Both the position numbers and the translations under genes were made by a program. A stretch of 63,510 bases of DNA, the filler included, from Choristocarpus tenellus KU-1152 (lineage: Eukaryota > Protista > Phaeophyceae), in assembly GCA_964200185.2 (NCBI GenBank). It is 11 parts of 11 records of this genome, joined end to end, with 100 filler letters (N's around TTAATTAATTAA, not from the genome) between each part and the next. Parts side by side here need not be neighbours in the genome. Positions count along the whole stretch, not along the records: positions 29,162 to 40,199 come from CAXNAD020002551.1; positions 40,300 to 47,556 come from CAXNAD020006448.1; positions 47,657 to 50,310 come from CAXNAD020025931.1; positions 50,411 to 53,112 come from CAXNAD020025501.1; 7 more parts are not named here. The stretch is one strand, 5' to 3'. Below, one piece after another: positions 38,878 to 53,112 of the stretch (positions are counted from its first letter, which is position 1; every line of letters begins with the position of its first letter). The notes below the pieces were generated by a model that saw only the letters and a program-made list of their open reading frames with translations, was not told the origin of the DNA and did not search any database.

Positions 38878-40967
38878 TTCCTAATGTTGCCGTGGCACTT
38901 GACCAGAACTTAATGTCATACTCGCAACTGGAAGTGCTGCCTCGACTCTATGTCCCATCACCCAAATTAATCCCCCACAGATGATGTCGGGGCCATGAAG
39001 AACAAGCTCACAGTCCTAGACTCCAAGGGTGGTTTGAGCTCTTAACTGAAAAGGCGATGAAATCCTCACCCAGCTTTTCACCGAAGATGGGAAGATTGGT
39101 TACTTTAGATATGGTGCTGGTAGACATCCTGTACACACAGGTATTAATCAGCACCCATCTTGTCACTCAGCACAACGTCCCAGGAATAATCGCTTCGCAA
39201 CAGCATGTATTGAAGTGTTCCACACTGGACCCGAGGTACAGATTATCTAAATTGTGTCTTTGTAGAGAATATGTGACTTTGGTTTGAACATATAATATTG
39301 GTGATACACATGTGAGGCTCACAACTGATAACACCCATCAGTATTTTTATAGTGTGGGGTTTGCAATGGTCTGCATTAACATGGTATGAATTGCTTGCTT
39401 GACTTCAGTATTACAAACGTGCCTAGAATGCAACACTACTTACAATCAGTTGATACATTTGGTATATTTGTCACTGACTCTCCATCCTATTATGTACTCC
39501 ACCAGTGCGTCTACAGTGTATTGGAGGTACTACCCACTACCACTGTGCCCCCAGTGGTTCCTAGTGGAACACTCTCACCAATGAATTTTAGTGGAATCTC
39601 AAGCAACCCTTCACCTCGCATTTTCACTGTTTGTGGATGCCGATGCAACCCTCAGAGTCAGGGAAACACATCCCTGTCATAGTCTGAACACATTAGTCCA
39701 AGATTTGTTTCCTAGGTTCGCGGTCCAAGATATGGACCTGTACCTGGTGTTGTGGCTGAAATGTACTTTATGTGTGCCAAGTATACTGGTGCACTTGGTT
39801 TATGGTAAATCGGTACACCACAATGCAGATAGAACAGCAACCAACTACTGCAATGATTTAGATGAGCTTTCATCGACAACAAGCCTTCTACACCATGGAG
39901 AGAAAAGGTGTTCAAATGGACTCCTCCAACTGTAGCGGATATCGCTAGTAGTATACATGCAGAGTCAGAATGCAAGAGTTTTTAGTTGGTTAATCCATGT
40001 TTGTTCTTGAATACGATCGGATAGATAGGAATTGATTCCACTTAGCGTGGTGTTTTGAGGTTGTATGGTCACCCACTCTGCTTGGGAATAATCCTTCTAC
40101 AACATTTGGTAACATTCCTTTATTGATCTGACCCAAAGTATCTGGGAGGGGGGGGGGGGTGGCCACCAGGGGGCCCACTTGAACTAAAATCAGGAACTGN
40201 NNNNNNNNNNNNNNNNNNNNNNNNNNNNNNNNNNNNNNNNNNNTTAATTAATTAANNNNNNNNNNNNNNNNNNNNNNNNNNNNNNNNNNNNNNNNNNNNG
40301 GGGGGAAAGGGATATAGTACACATTGATATTTTGAGATGTATCTGTTGGTAATGTGGATTGTGTATTATTATTATTATTATTATTATTATTGAATCAAAG
40401 ACTGCGATAGAATGAAAGATTTGGAAGTGAAGTTCTTTTGAAGTTTTTCCTTGAAGTTGAGTAAGTCATGCAGAGCACTTGTTACCTCCGAAGACTGGTG
40501 CATCTAGGTGTGTATTGGCACAAATCTACAACCAAAATTTGATATATATATATTTTATTTTTTTTAAGATTTTTTAATGTAACTATTATGTTTTTTATGG
40601 TGAAATAATTTTTTAAGGGAAAATTGTTCTGTTTTTTAGGTTAAAAAAAAGGTTTCTAGTTTAAACAACAGCAAGAGATCGGATCAAAGTCTCAGGTCTC
40701 AATCATAATCTTAGTACTCCATTGTGATCTTGATCAAAGTCAATCATAATCGTAAATCATATTCAAAAGCTAATCAATATTCAATAAAGATTTGTGTGCA
40801 AAGATGGAGAATCGTCGTGTATTGGTTGGTTATTAACCTTTTTTTTCTTCATTGCAAAAAAGTTAAAAAAAAATAGTATTCATATTGTGTATTACCTATA
40901 CATACATACATACACTTACACATTTATACAAATATATATATATATATACATATATACGTTTTTTCAG

Positions 40968-43900
40968 GTATGAGGCATATGGATGGCACACCAGTCATGT
41001 CCCTGACGTGAAAGACCTTAGTGCAGTTCTGAGGGCTATTGATGCTGCCAAGGCGGAGACGGGCCGTCCCAGCATCATCAAGATTACAACTGTCATTGGT
41101 TATGGAAGCATTCATGAGGTGTGTGTTATGTGTGTTTTTTATTACAGTGTATGGTTTTACAAAAAAAAGGAAAAAATGATTATCCTTCCAGTATGTTTTA
41201 TTAAAATCGAGTGATTACGCTTTGTACGATATTTTATTATTATTATTATTTTATTTGGAGAAATTTATGATAGAAGCTCAGAGGTGTGAAGAAAGCCCCG
41301 GGGGGTCATGCCATGGTGAGGTTAGGGGTATCTTTGTGTTGAAAGGGTTAGGGTTAGGGTTATAGAGGTTTATGTTCTGATGGAGTGTGTAGAGATGAAG
41401 AAGTGTTGGCCTATATATTTTTTGTTTTGCTGTGTTACCTTCGATCGGAAGAGACGGATGAAAACAAAAAAGTAGAGAAATATGAAATAATAATATTAAA
41501 AATTATTTCTGTGATTTTTTTTTTGCTCTTGATAAAAAATAGAAAAAAAATGAGAAAATCGGTCGATTGCTTAATTAAAAAATAGGAGAGATACGTATTC
41601 ATTTTTGTGCCTTTTCATAAACTTTGTAAAAAAAATATTAAAAAAATTGTCAGGGAGAGGAGAGGACACATGGTGCTGCTCTTGGAGATGAGGATGTTGC
41701 TCAGGTTAAGACAAGGTATGTATGTGTTTTTCTTTTTGTTTTTCTTTTTTGACTCTTTCATACTATGTGTACACCCCACTCTCTTTCACAACTTGAATTT
41801 TTTTTTTAACTCTTGTGAGTCAAAATATTTTTAGAGGGCTTAGGGTTGCGTCCGTTTGGGGAGTCATGAATCCAATGTTGCGATTTTGATGTAATTTTGG
41901 CTATCGTGTTTGTTAGGAAGTGTCAATTTCCTTGTTGCGGACGCACCTTTTCATAGCGTATACATCTTACCTACTCCAAAACATTTTGGAGTAGATAAAA
42001 TGTCATAAAAAAACCCGTGGGGAGCCAAGCCCCAAAATGGGCAAAACATGTACCCTCTAAGTTACTTTCACTCAGTCTGTCGAACCCCCACCTGTAGATG
42101 GTTATGGACATGATTCTGTGTATCTCTCTCTCTCTCTCATGTACGCATGCACCTTTTAAAATTATTTGTAAATTGATGTTTTCTAAGAAGGGGTGGCATT
42201 TAACACATGGAAGGTGTTGTGTTGTGTAACTAGAATTCCACCTTAAAACCTTAAAAAAAAAGAGAGTATCTGAATTAGTTACTATTTTTTGTTGAAGTAT
42301 TTTTGTCTTATGATTGTTTGATGTATGTATCCTCTTTTGTCACTTTGTTGGTGCTGTGTCCTGTTTTGTTGATCCCTGTCATGTGCCATTTTATGCTATT
42401 TTGCTGCTCTAATCCTCTCGTTAATGTACCCCCTTTTGTCACTCAGTGTACCTTTTATGTAATATAATATACCCGTTTTTGTTGTGCAGTGTACCTTTTA
42501 TGTACATTCAATGTATCCTTTTTGTCACTCAGTGTATCTTCTATATAATGCAATGTGCCCTTTTTTGTCACTCAGTGTACCTTTTATGTACATTCAATGG
42601 ATCCTTTTTGTCTCTCAGTGTATCTTCTATATAATGCAATGTACCCTTTTTTGTCACTCAGCGTACCTTTTGTGTTCATTCAATGTATCCTTTTTGTCAC
42701 TCAGTGTATCTTCTATATAATGCAATGTACCCCCTTTTTGTCACTCAGTGTACCTTTTATGTAATACACTGTACCCCATTTTGTCACTCAGTGTACCTTT
42801 TATGTACAATATACCCTTTTTGTCACTCAGTGTATCTTTTATGTACGTACAATGTACCCCTTTTGTCACTCAGTGTACCTTTTATGTACATACAATGTAT
42901 CCTTGTCTCTCAGTGTATCTTCTATATAATGCAATGTACCCCCTTTTGTCACTCAGTGTACCAATTATATACATACAATGTACCCCCTTTTTGTCACTCA
43001 GTGTACCTTTTATGTAATGTAATAAACCCTTTTTTGTCACTCAGTGTACCTTTTATGTAATGTAATAAACCCTTTTTTGTCACTCAGTGTACCTTTTATG
43101 TAATGTAATAAACCCTTTTTTGTCACTCAGTGTACCTTTCACGCACATTATTTTTTTTGTTGATTACCTCTCATCTTACAGTTTTGCTGTGTATCGCCCC
43201 TTGTGATGTGCTCTGCTCTCTCTCCCTGTATCTTTTTTAAGAATACTGCTGTGTAATTTTTTGGATTTTATTGTTTCCCTACCACATCTCTCTCTCTCTC
43301 TCTCTCGTTGTCCTACTATATACCTTTGTCATCACAGACCTGACTTACATGGAACCATTGACCATGATGTGAAAATAGTAATGATAATGATAACATTAAC
43401 AATTATAATAGTAGTAATAATAATATTATTAATAATAATAATATTAAAAATGCTAACACTATTTTTCTTTATGGTCAACTCACGGCCGTGCGTTTTTCTA
43501 CCTCACTTCACATAAAATTAAAAAAATATAACTTGAAAAAAAAATGACAACCTTTTTTTCTTTTCTTTTCTTTTTTTAAATGTTTTGTATGATGTTTTTC
43601 CTATGCGTTTTTTTTACAACTTTTGTAAATAACAATAAAAAAGGTTTGGATTTGATCCGACCCAAATGTTCCACATCCCCCCGGAAGTGAGCGAATTGTT
43701 CAAGGCGGCGGGGAGGAAGGGAGAGGATAAGGAACGTGACTACAATGGTACTTTTCAACAGTACAAGGTATGGTACTCATAAAAAAAAAGAGGAATGGAA
43801 ATGAATTCATGCATTCACTCATTCATCCATCTATCCATCAACTCACTCATTCATTTATTCATTCATCCATTCACCCATTCATCCATCCATTCATCCATTC

Positions 43901-46900
43901 ATTCATTCATAACATACATCCACTCACTCATTCATTTATTCATTCATACATTCATCCATCCATCCATCCATCCATTCTTTAATTGTAGTGAATGGGACTA
44001 CTGTTGTAGAAATGTTGATAGCAGCATCAAGATATATATATATATATATTTCCGAAAACCTTGTCAGCATGTTAAACCTTGTCAGCATGTTAAGCTTTTT
44101 TCTTTTAGGTAGAAGTATACAATGTAAGGATCTTTAAGGAGGGAAAAGGAATATATATATATTTTTGTCTGTATTTTAAATATTATTTATCAAGTTGTAG
44201 TCAGTGTGCATTAGTAATTTAAATTCAGTCTTTTTTTTCTTGTGTTTTTATTTCTGTTTTTATCTGTAGTGATACTGAGAGGTACCTACTCTCTTAAACT
44301 GTATGGTAATTTAAAATTAAAGCTTGAAATTAATTACATTTTTAATTTAAAAAAAGTTATAACCTGTATGTTTTGATCGCGGTATATAACTGGTATATAA
44401 CTGATGTGATTACTTTTTGGTGTTGCGAACCAACCAGTCAACGATTAACAACTGTTTTCGTATCAAGGAAGGCGTTTATTATATTATGTTATGTTATGTT
44501 TTGTTTTGTTGTGTTGAGTGCTGGGAGCTCTCCATCGGGCATTGCTCACACCAAACAGCTATTGACAGCATACCTTTTACCATCTCTTTAAATGATACAC
44601 TTTTCTTTTTTTATGCTTTCGCTTTATCGTGCTATTCTCATACCATTGTCATACTATTCTTATACTATTGTGTCATACTATTGTCAAGTGACATACAATT
44701 GTCATGCTATTCTCACACCATTCTCATACTGTTGCGATACTATTCTCATGCTATTGTCAAGTGACATACTTGGAATTTGATGTACAATTAATTTAATTTT
44801 TTTAAATCTCTGGCTTTCTGCCACGGTGTTGTTCTGTTCCCATCTCGATTATGATTTTTTTTTGTAAAATGCCACGGGACTGATCGATTCGGGACAAATT
44901 TGTTTGTCACGTTACATGATGTCTGACGTACGTACCATAACAACACGGGATTAGAAACAAAACAAAAAATTACATAATATATACATGTTACATACATGTT
45001 ACATACATATATATATATATAGGCCAAGTACCCTCAGATGGCAAGTGAGCTCACACGGCGAATGGAGGGGAGGCTGCCTGAGGGATGGAAGGAGAAGCTA
45101 CCTTCGTTCACTCCGGAGGACCCTTCGAAGGCCACTCGTGCTTTCTCTGCAATTGTTCTGAATGTCGTGGCGGATATGTTACCTGAGTTGGTGGGAGGTT
45201 CTGCTGATTTGACGGGGTCGAACCTTACTGCCCTGAAGTGAGTGGTGAAGGAGGGTTGGTTGAGGGTGGATTTAATAAAGAAAATATTTTTTGATGTTCT
45301 TTTTGGTATTGTTATTATTATTGTTAATTGTTATTGCTATTGCTATTATTGTTGTTAATTGTTATTGCTATTGCTATTATTATTATTATTGTTATTGCTA
45401 TTATTATTATTGTTGTTGTTGATGCTGTCATTGTTGTTATTATTTTGTGTATTTTTGTGGTTATTTTTTTTATTATAATTGTTATTGTTATTATTGTTGA
45501 TGCTGTTATTGATATTATTATTGTTGTTGTGGTTGTTGGTGGTGGGTGGGTGGGTGGGTGGTCAAGGAGAGTGTTTTTAAGGATAAAGAGGAGAGGTTTA
45601 ATTTTTGTTTATTTTTGGTGGGAGAGAGAGGGAGAGAGAAGTGACTTTTGTTTTATATTCTCATGGTTTAGTTTTCTTAGGGTTAGAGATAGTTATCTTT
45701 AGTTATCTGTTGTAAGTGTTGATGAGAAGGGGGTGTGGAGTTAACAAGAGAGAGAATTGACTTTTTTGCTTCTTGTTTAATTTGTTTTTATTATTACTAT
45801 TATTTTATTAGTAGTATTATTGTTTGTATGCTGTAGAGTGGTGCCATCAAAGGAGGAGGGGCATGTTGTAGAGCTTGAAGGGTCTTGATTTGATGACTTG
45901 ACTGTCTTTTGGTGCATACAGCATACATCATTGGTTTTTTCAGTGCCATGGAAGGCATTTTTGAATCTCATTTTTTTTTCAACTAATTTTCCCTTTTCAA
46001 GGTCACACACACCTCACACCCTTCCTAGATTTCATGCCCTTTTTTTCGATTTTCTGTGTGAACACAGTTACCTAAAACGTGTAGGACTTTGAAAGGTATT
46101 GACAGGTATTGACATTTCCCAACGTGATGGCCAAAATTCATCAAAATGGTAACAATGGATTTAGAGGTTGACCATAGTTCAGTCAACATTAACACTTTAA
46201 CCTTTATTTATATACTAATAGTGTATTGTGTATACTCCGAGAGGTTAAACACGACCTTCTGACTGACTACAGAGGGCTAGACAAAATTAACCCTCATAGG
46301 GGACACCTTCACCCGTTGCTGTTGTCGCCATGGGGTTTGCAATTTATAGGCGTTTGTGTGTTGTGTTGTGTGTGTGTATGTGTGTGTGTTGCAGTATGAA
46401 TCGGTTTGTGTACCCTCTTCTTAATATGATTATTCATATTATTATTATTATTATTATTGCAACAAAATACTCTTGGTTTATATGACTGACTGGAGTGTCG
46501 TCATTGTACCTTGAGGACAAGTAACTGCTGGACTGCTAACTGATAAGAGAGATTCTGGAACCCTCTGAAGTACAAAATAGGAGGTGGACGGGGTCGAATA
46601 ATTAAGGCCTATGGCATTTTACCTCCGAATGGTATAACAAATTCTATGGTATGTATATACCGTCAACAGCAGTTTCGTTCTTTGTGAGTCATACTGCACC
46701 GCCGACCACATTGGAAATAAAAACAAAACAAAGCATTTGTGATACGCCTGTTTTTGTTGTGAACACCAGCCGGTGACTTACTTCCTCGTTCACTGCACCA
46801 CCGACTGCAATGGAAAAAAAAAGAACTTGTGTTTAAAAAAAAAAAGCCCGTTTCTGTTAGGAACTCTGGTGACTTCCAGAAGGATACGCCTCTCGGACGG

Positions 46901-47034
46901 TACATGAGGTTTGGGGTTAGGGAGCACGGCATGTCGGCCATAGTGAATGGTATGCACGCCTACGGGGGTCTTCGTACGTTTGCTGCAACGTTCTTGAATT
47001 TCATCACTTATGGGTGGGGATCGGTTCGACTAAG
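40968..47034 (+). CDS. TKT: Transketolase, internal part (5 exons; both ends outside contig)
   Basis: Exons are 40968-41118 (YEAYGW...PSIIKITTVIGYGS), 41654-41715 (THGAALG), 43644-43767 (FGFDP..FHIP), 45023-45237 (KATR...LVGGSADLTGSN) and 46861-47034 (GRYMRFGVREHGM...TFLNF). All boundaries are GT-AG and phases are compatible. Confidence 0.95.
41817..42073 (+). mobile_element. MITE family A, full copy in a transketolase intron
   Basis: TIRs and core as in the other copies. Confidence 0.88.
42423..43140. repeat. ~40-bp minisatellite in a transketolase intron
   Basis: Repeated CAATGTACCC(T)nGTCACTCAGTGTA(CC/TC)TT units with two alternating variants. Confidence 0.95.
43805..43978. repeat. (TTCA/TCCA)n microsatellite
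   Basis: Seen directly. Confidence 0.95.
45305..45560. repeat. (TTA/TTG)n trinucleotide microsatellite
   Basis: Seen directly. It accounts for the poly-I/V ORF 45328-45702. Confidence 0.95.
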
Positions 47035-50000
47035 GTGAGGGGTTTTGTATGTGTTTTGTGAAAGGGAGGCGTGGTGGTGGATGGTGATGCGTTTGGGATG
47101 TGGTGTGATGGTTGTTGGTGTTTAATTGTTTTATATGGGGAGGGGGGGGGGTTCGTGGTGGTGGAGATGAGATGAGATGAGATGAATAAAATTTGGGTTT
47201 GACTGTGATTGCGTGGTGGTATTTTTATTGTGTGGAATTAATAATTGATTGTGTTTTATAGTTCAGGTTCTATATTTTTTTTGGAAGAGTGTGAGTTATG
47301 TATTGTGACATCATCTAAAATTGCGTTTTTCTTGTTTTGCTTAAATTTTTTTTTTTAATGTGCATGATTTCCTGTAAGAATAATATTTTAGAAATGGAGG
47401 GGAGGGGGGTAGTAAGTGAAGCAGACCTGTTGGAATATCATGTCAATTCATGGATGTTTTTGACGTGTGAGCCTCCCATGCTATGACTTCTGTATATAAT
47501 ATTTTATTAAACAAAAAAAATGTTGTGGTAGTGTTCTCGAGCCCCCCTGCCCCCATNNNNNNNNNNNNNNNNNNNNNNNNNNNNNNNNNNNNNNNNNNNN
47601 TTAATTAATTAANNNNNNNNNNNNNNNNNNNNNNNNNNNNNNNNNNNNNNNNNNNNCCCCCCTCAACTTTAATCGTGTAGCGGTAGCGTGCAATGTACCC
47701 CCTCCCCCCCCCCTTCTCCAGATTTTGAGTTTGTGTGACCTTCGTTTTAGCTCCCTTTGTTGTGCCGTTGCTCTCGAGAGTAGGAAGGAGACTTTGAACA
47801 CTCATTCATTCATGGATGATTGTTCAACTTGAGCAATAACAAAATAACACGGGTTCATCTTCAAAACTCTGTTAGCTAATAACTTTGTGGTAATCTTTTC
47901 CAGAAAATCGTGTAACGTGCTTTGAAGTAGACAGATAGGTCTGGTACACTAGTTATGTAGTCGCATCCAAAACAAAAGTGCAGTTGTTCTTTATATTTGT
48001 TGGATGACTTATCTTCCAATAATGATATACATACTTTAGAGCATGAAATAGTCCCCATTTTTTACAGTAATAGGAAGAGGAGGGCACACCATCTGATCCT
48101 TCTATACTTCCAGACAAGTAGAGAAAAAATTGTGGTGTCTAGGAGGCATGCAACAAAGGATTCCGTGTGAGTTTGAATCTTCACGTTTGAAGTGGCGGTG
48201 TTAAGAAGTGTGATCGTTGCATATTTTTATTATTAAACAGTGATGATCCACCACTACTGTACACTAGTAACAGCACAGAATAGAACATATCAATTGTACG
48301 CTACTGGTTTTTAATATCGCAAAAATCCCATGTGGAAGCAGGCTTATGTTGCCATCACTTCTAGTCCCACAGAAGGATCGGATAGAATCCTTACCGCACT
48401 GTTAACTTCAGTCCTGGACGTGTGGGATCAGTTAAAACTAAGGTTTTTTCCCCTCAACACTATCATACAGTACTACGTCACATGACATAAACTGAAAACG
48501 TGTCTGACAAAGCTCAGTGGACTGCTGCCTGATTGTATAGAACTGCTGTATACTCTGAAGGGCAAGTTATAATGTGAACACATAATAATCTTCCACATAT
48601 GGTGCTGTGCTGTTGGGTAGACCACAAGGTCGGAGAGCAGGATCCATCATTGCCATTCCACGTAAACTTCACACTCCTTTCATGTTTCGGGACACATAGG
48701 CCTTGTACAGGATCTCCCTCTCTTGCTCTTAGTGTTGTGATCTCGGATTGTTCAACGCACAGACATTTCCCTCAGAGGTCATTCAAGGCAAAGGGGTGCA
48801 GGGCTCAAGATGCACAACAGCCTGAGGGGGACGCAGACACACTCCGTTCAATCACAACCGGGGGATGAGGAATATGCTAGATCAGGGTCACAATTGTCCT
48901 TGGGCTCAGCCCTTGTGCAACCCCTTTCCTTCACCACCTACCTCCTCACTGCACCCAGTCAGGCAACAACTCGGCAAATTACACTATTGCCAATCTGTTA
49001 CCACTTGTAAGATAACTAAAAAAATAAATAAATGAATGCAACAGAGGAGCGCTAGCACCTTCCGGTAGGCATGGCATTGATGGAGAGTTAAGTCATCTAA
49101 CACACTCATATTGAAAGAGCGCCTTGAAAAGGGTGCTCTGCCTCCCAGTAGAAAAGAGAAAAAAAAAAAAGAGCCAACAAAGATGTGCAAGATTAATACC
49201 ACCATGACGTATCCGGACACCAACTGTTCCCAAAGACAGTAGACATTGATTGCACCAGAGCACAGCAGAGAGCAAACCAGAAGAGACACCATGGCACCAC
49301 GTACAAGTAAATGTCACTTCTCAGTATACCAAACTCACGCCATAACCCTAACAATGCTACCTCGTTAGTCTTCATTTCCTCTCAGCAAAGTAGCAAACTA
49401 CACTCCCGTCACACTAGGCAACACAAAAGCCTGACCTGCCCAATGGAAGTTCTCAGGCTTAACGCATCAGCCCTAACCCACCACTAGCTTGTGGCATCAT
49501 TGCCTTCATACATGCATGTGGTGCCGCAATAGACCCTTGACGGGCAGACCCCCTAGTCCTCCCAAATGATACTCCCTGGCCCTTTGTCAGGGACAGCTAA
49601 AATGGTGTACAACTCTGTTCCACTGGTGGGCCTCATAGCCTTGGCAGGAAGGAGGTCTGGATGGTCTTGTAGACCTTTCCCCTCTTGGGCCAAGCGCTCT
49701 CCGGGCATCCCAGGGTCAAGTTCCAGATTTTGTTCTTGTAGATGCACAGCGTCTTGAGCTCATGACGCTTCGCATCTTTGAACTCGAAGTCCTGTTCAAA
49801 ACGGTCAAATCAGGATTTTCCATTAAACTCTACTGATGATGCTTTTCCTTGAGGGAGAGATGAAGAATAGAGGCACAATCACCGGTGGAGGCGGTGTTTC
49901 TATCTGTCCCAATATAGACAAAGAAAAAAGGTGCACTTGAGGGTTCAATCCATTTTCAGGGCGAACCTCTCTTTTTTGTGCGGGTGAAGGTTCCACCAAC

Positions 50001-50660
50001 TTTCAGAAAATTGTGCAACGTGAGCCTGGGCGAGAAAGAGACTCTTGACCCCATCCAGTGGAACCTCACCGGAAGAACTTCTTTGACCTCTCTTCTTGTA
50101 CTTAGCAAAGCAATCAATCCCAACACAGGACCAACAAAAACAAAAGGAGTTTACTTCACCATGCAAAACTTAGGGTTCTTCTCTTCCCAGCAAGCTCAGT
50201 CCAATTCCATCAAAAGTGCAAGGGGGGGGGGGGGGGGGGGGGGGGGGGGGAAAAGAAAGGGAAGAGGCCCCGGTCGAAACCCCCCCCCCCCAAAAATCTG
50301 GTTGCCTGCTNNNNNNNNNNNNNNNNNNNNNNNNNNNNNNNNNNNNNNNNNNNNTTAATTAATTAANNNNNNNNNNNNNNNNNNNNNNNNNNNNNNNNNN
50401 NNNNNNNNNNATGAAAAAATTGACCCCAAATGGACAGCCGCCACCCCCCACGAGATACTTTTGAGCCTTTGAGACTTTTCCCGGCACGATTCAGAAAATT
50501 TCCTAAACACGCTTGAAAAAAAAAAGAGTTGAATCTTGCACATACTTGTCGGCATCCTTCGGATGCAACTCCGGGCACCTCTCGTTATACTTTGGGTCGT
50601 TAGACATTTCAACCATGCTGTCTGTTCAGGTTCAAGTGTGTATGACTAGGTGCAATAGGC

Positions 50661-50924
50661 GAGAGAAAGTTTCTTAGGGTTAGGGTACGAGTTTTGCCCT
50701 CTCTGTTCATTTGGGGTTTGGCTTCCTACGGGGTATTTTATGACGTTTTCCTGCTCCTAAATGTTTCAGAGTAAGTAAAATGTACATGTTATGAGAAGGT
50801 GTGTCTGGAAGAAGGATATTGACACTTCCTAACAAATACGATAGCCAAAATCACATCAAAATTGCAAGATTGGACTTGACCCCCAAATGGACGCGGCGCC
50901 CTACCCTCTAAGATACTTTGACTC
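50661..50924 (-). mobile_element. MITE family A, full copy, reverse orientation
   Basis: Reverse complement of the consensus. Flanks are AGGC / AGGT. Confidence 0.88.
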
Positions 50925-52149
50925 AGGTCCATCTTGCTGTGGGAATTCCCATGACAGAGAATTACCCGACCAATCACAGCTGTCCATGGGCAACACAACA
51001 CCTAAGTTTTTAGGGAGCTGTTGTTCCTCAAATATGCACATGGCATTGAAAGATTCCTTTGGGAGGTCTGGTTGCATGTGAAATTTTGAATTTTTACGTT
51101 TGGGGTGATTAATCTGATCATGGATGAGTCTGGCGGTGGCTCATCTGAAGAACATTTTGGATTCATGGTATCTCTCATAGAGAAAGTTTCGACTCTCTTT
51201 CTCATCATGTATTCATGTTTTCTATTGGTATTTCATGTGCTGTAAATAAGATGGTTTTGCGAAAGCTCAACTTGGACCAATGTCAAGATGAAACTTGTAA
51301 GCTAGTTCAACGGACTTCATAATATTCTGAACGTTTTGGCCGTCATGTTGTGGAAATCGCTAGGGTGAAAAAGGTTTTGGAGCTATTTCTCTCACAGCGA
51401 TTGAGGCAAGAGAGCTGAAGATGATACATTTCCCAATATTCCAGGGCATTGCACAGCAGGTGAACAACTCTGTCATGGGGGCTGAGAGGAACAAAAATAA
51501 TTGTTGTGAAAGAGTGCTCATGAGCAGAACAGGTACGGAGTTATTCCTCAACTGATGGATGCTGTAGGACACTTTTCCTCTTCTAGGTGTATGGTCGGAA
51601 AAAAAAGACGCAACAGGTTGAACATCGCCATAGCTGAGAAGTCAACATTCTTACGCTGTGACTTGTTGGGAAAAGGTTGGGTTCATAAACCTTGGCAGGA
51701 ATTTGCTTCACAAGATGTTGCCATTGGTGTTTTGGGACAGGACACAGAACATGGAGTGCCAGGCACTTTGATGCACTACTCCTCCTTTGGCGTGAACAAA
51801 GATGCAGCACAAGTCTCTCTCAACAACCCTCAGTCTAACTTAGGCTAACCGGGGTGATGTGACAACTGTCATATTGAGGCTGGACCTGAAACAGAAGCAC
51901 AAACACTCAGTTGTAGCATTTGAAGTATAGCTATTCCGTTGTTCTTTTTATTTTTCAATGACCTGGGATTCTTTCTGATGTGGCAAAGAGACATGCCTTG
52001 TTCTTGAATGTTTACTTTGGCGTCCTCATGTCTATAACAATGCGTGCTCACACTCCTCTACCTCCAGCCCTGGGTCCATATCTACTTGCCTGCCTACTGC
52101 CCCGGCTTGCTGCTTACTTGAAAATACCACACATCTGATCCGTTCATAG

Positions 52150-53112
52150 GATCCCTATGTCGTGGCAAAGTTCGGCTACCTGGAGCGAAAGACCTCCACG
52201 AGGGCCGGGAGCGGTATCGCAGTCAAATGGCCTGAGGATACCTTGCTGTTGCCCGCGCAGAAGTCGATCAAAGGCGGCAATGGATCCCTTTACCTTGAGG
52301 TGAACCAATAGATGATAATAGGGGTGATTATGGGCCAAGTCTTGGACAGTTTAGCTCTACCTTCACCTCTTGTTGATATGTATGCTACACATTATTATTT
52401 TTTCTTGAGCGAGGCAACCTCCAATCTACTTGTTGTGATTGAGTTGCAGGGGACAGTTCAGTAGGGTAAATTCTAAGAACGGAAGAGGGGAGGACGACCC
52501 TATGATGTAGTAGGAGCCTCCATTTGAATTAGCCGCATTTTCACGTAGAGAGAACATTGATGAAGACACTCTCATCTACCAGGTTGTAATTGATGACTGC
52601 TTTTTGTACTTGAAGCATGTATAAGCATTGATCACATGCGACATGAGGAGAGAAAAGCATGACAGAAGTAGATAGAGGTAGGTTGGTATGATGACTATAT
52701 GTTACTGTTGGTTTTAAGCCCCTGACCCACATGAGACAATCAGTGTCTTGGAACCGGTTATAAAGGGCACTGGTAGAACTCTAAGCGGTTTCTTTTTTCT
52801 TGGAGGGTACCACAGCTTCGAACTTGGAGATGGAATATTCAGCGGATTTGATAGTTTTGTTTCATCGATTCCATATGGTGGCCATTTCTTTTGGTGCAGC
52901 AGACTGAATTTATCCGTTCCAAGGTGTGATCCAGGCAATATAATCCAGATGACGGCTCAGCAGCAGCACCTGCTGTAAATGCAAACACCAAGCTAGGTAG
53001 TCTCTCCTGACACTCAACATTTCCAATCCTATCCTCCATATGTGTCACAAATATGCTATTGTCCCCCCCCCCCACCGTAGGTTTGGAATGAGAGTCTCCT
53101 TGAGGATGATAC
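52150..53112 (+). CDS. C2-domain protein, two exons (partial)
   Basis: Exon 52150-52299 reads DPYVVAKFGYLERKTSTRAGSGIAVKWPEDTL...SLYLE. It splices GT-AG to 53081-53112, VWNESLLEDD, which is cut by the contig end. This fits the C2 pattern DPYV...KT...W.E...LEVW...DD. Confidence 0.75.

Noticed and set aside
45328-45702. Hydrophobic membrane-protein ORF (also the His/Ser-rich ORFs at 43770-44112)
   Set aside because: These are translations of intronic microsatellites.
50470-51850. Gene in long, interrupted minus-strand frames
   Set aside because: Multiple stops and a MITE insertion. Probably a TE relic, but I could not assign a family.
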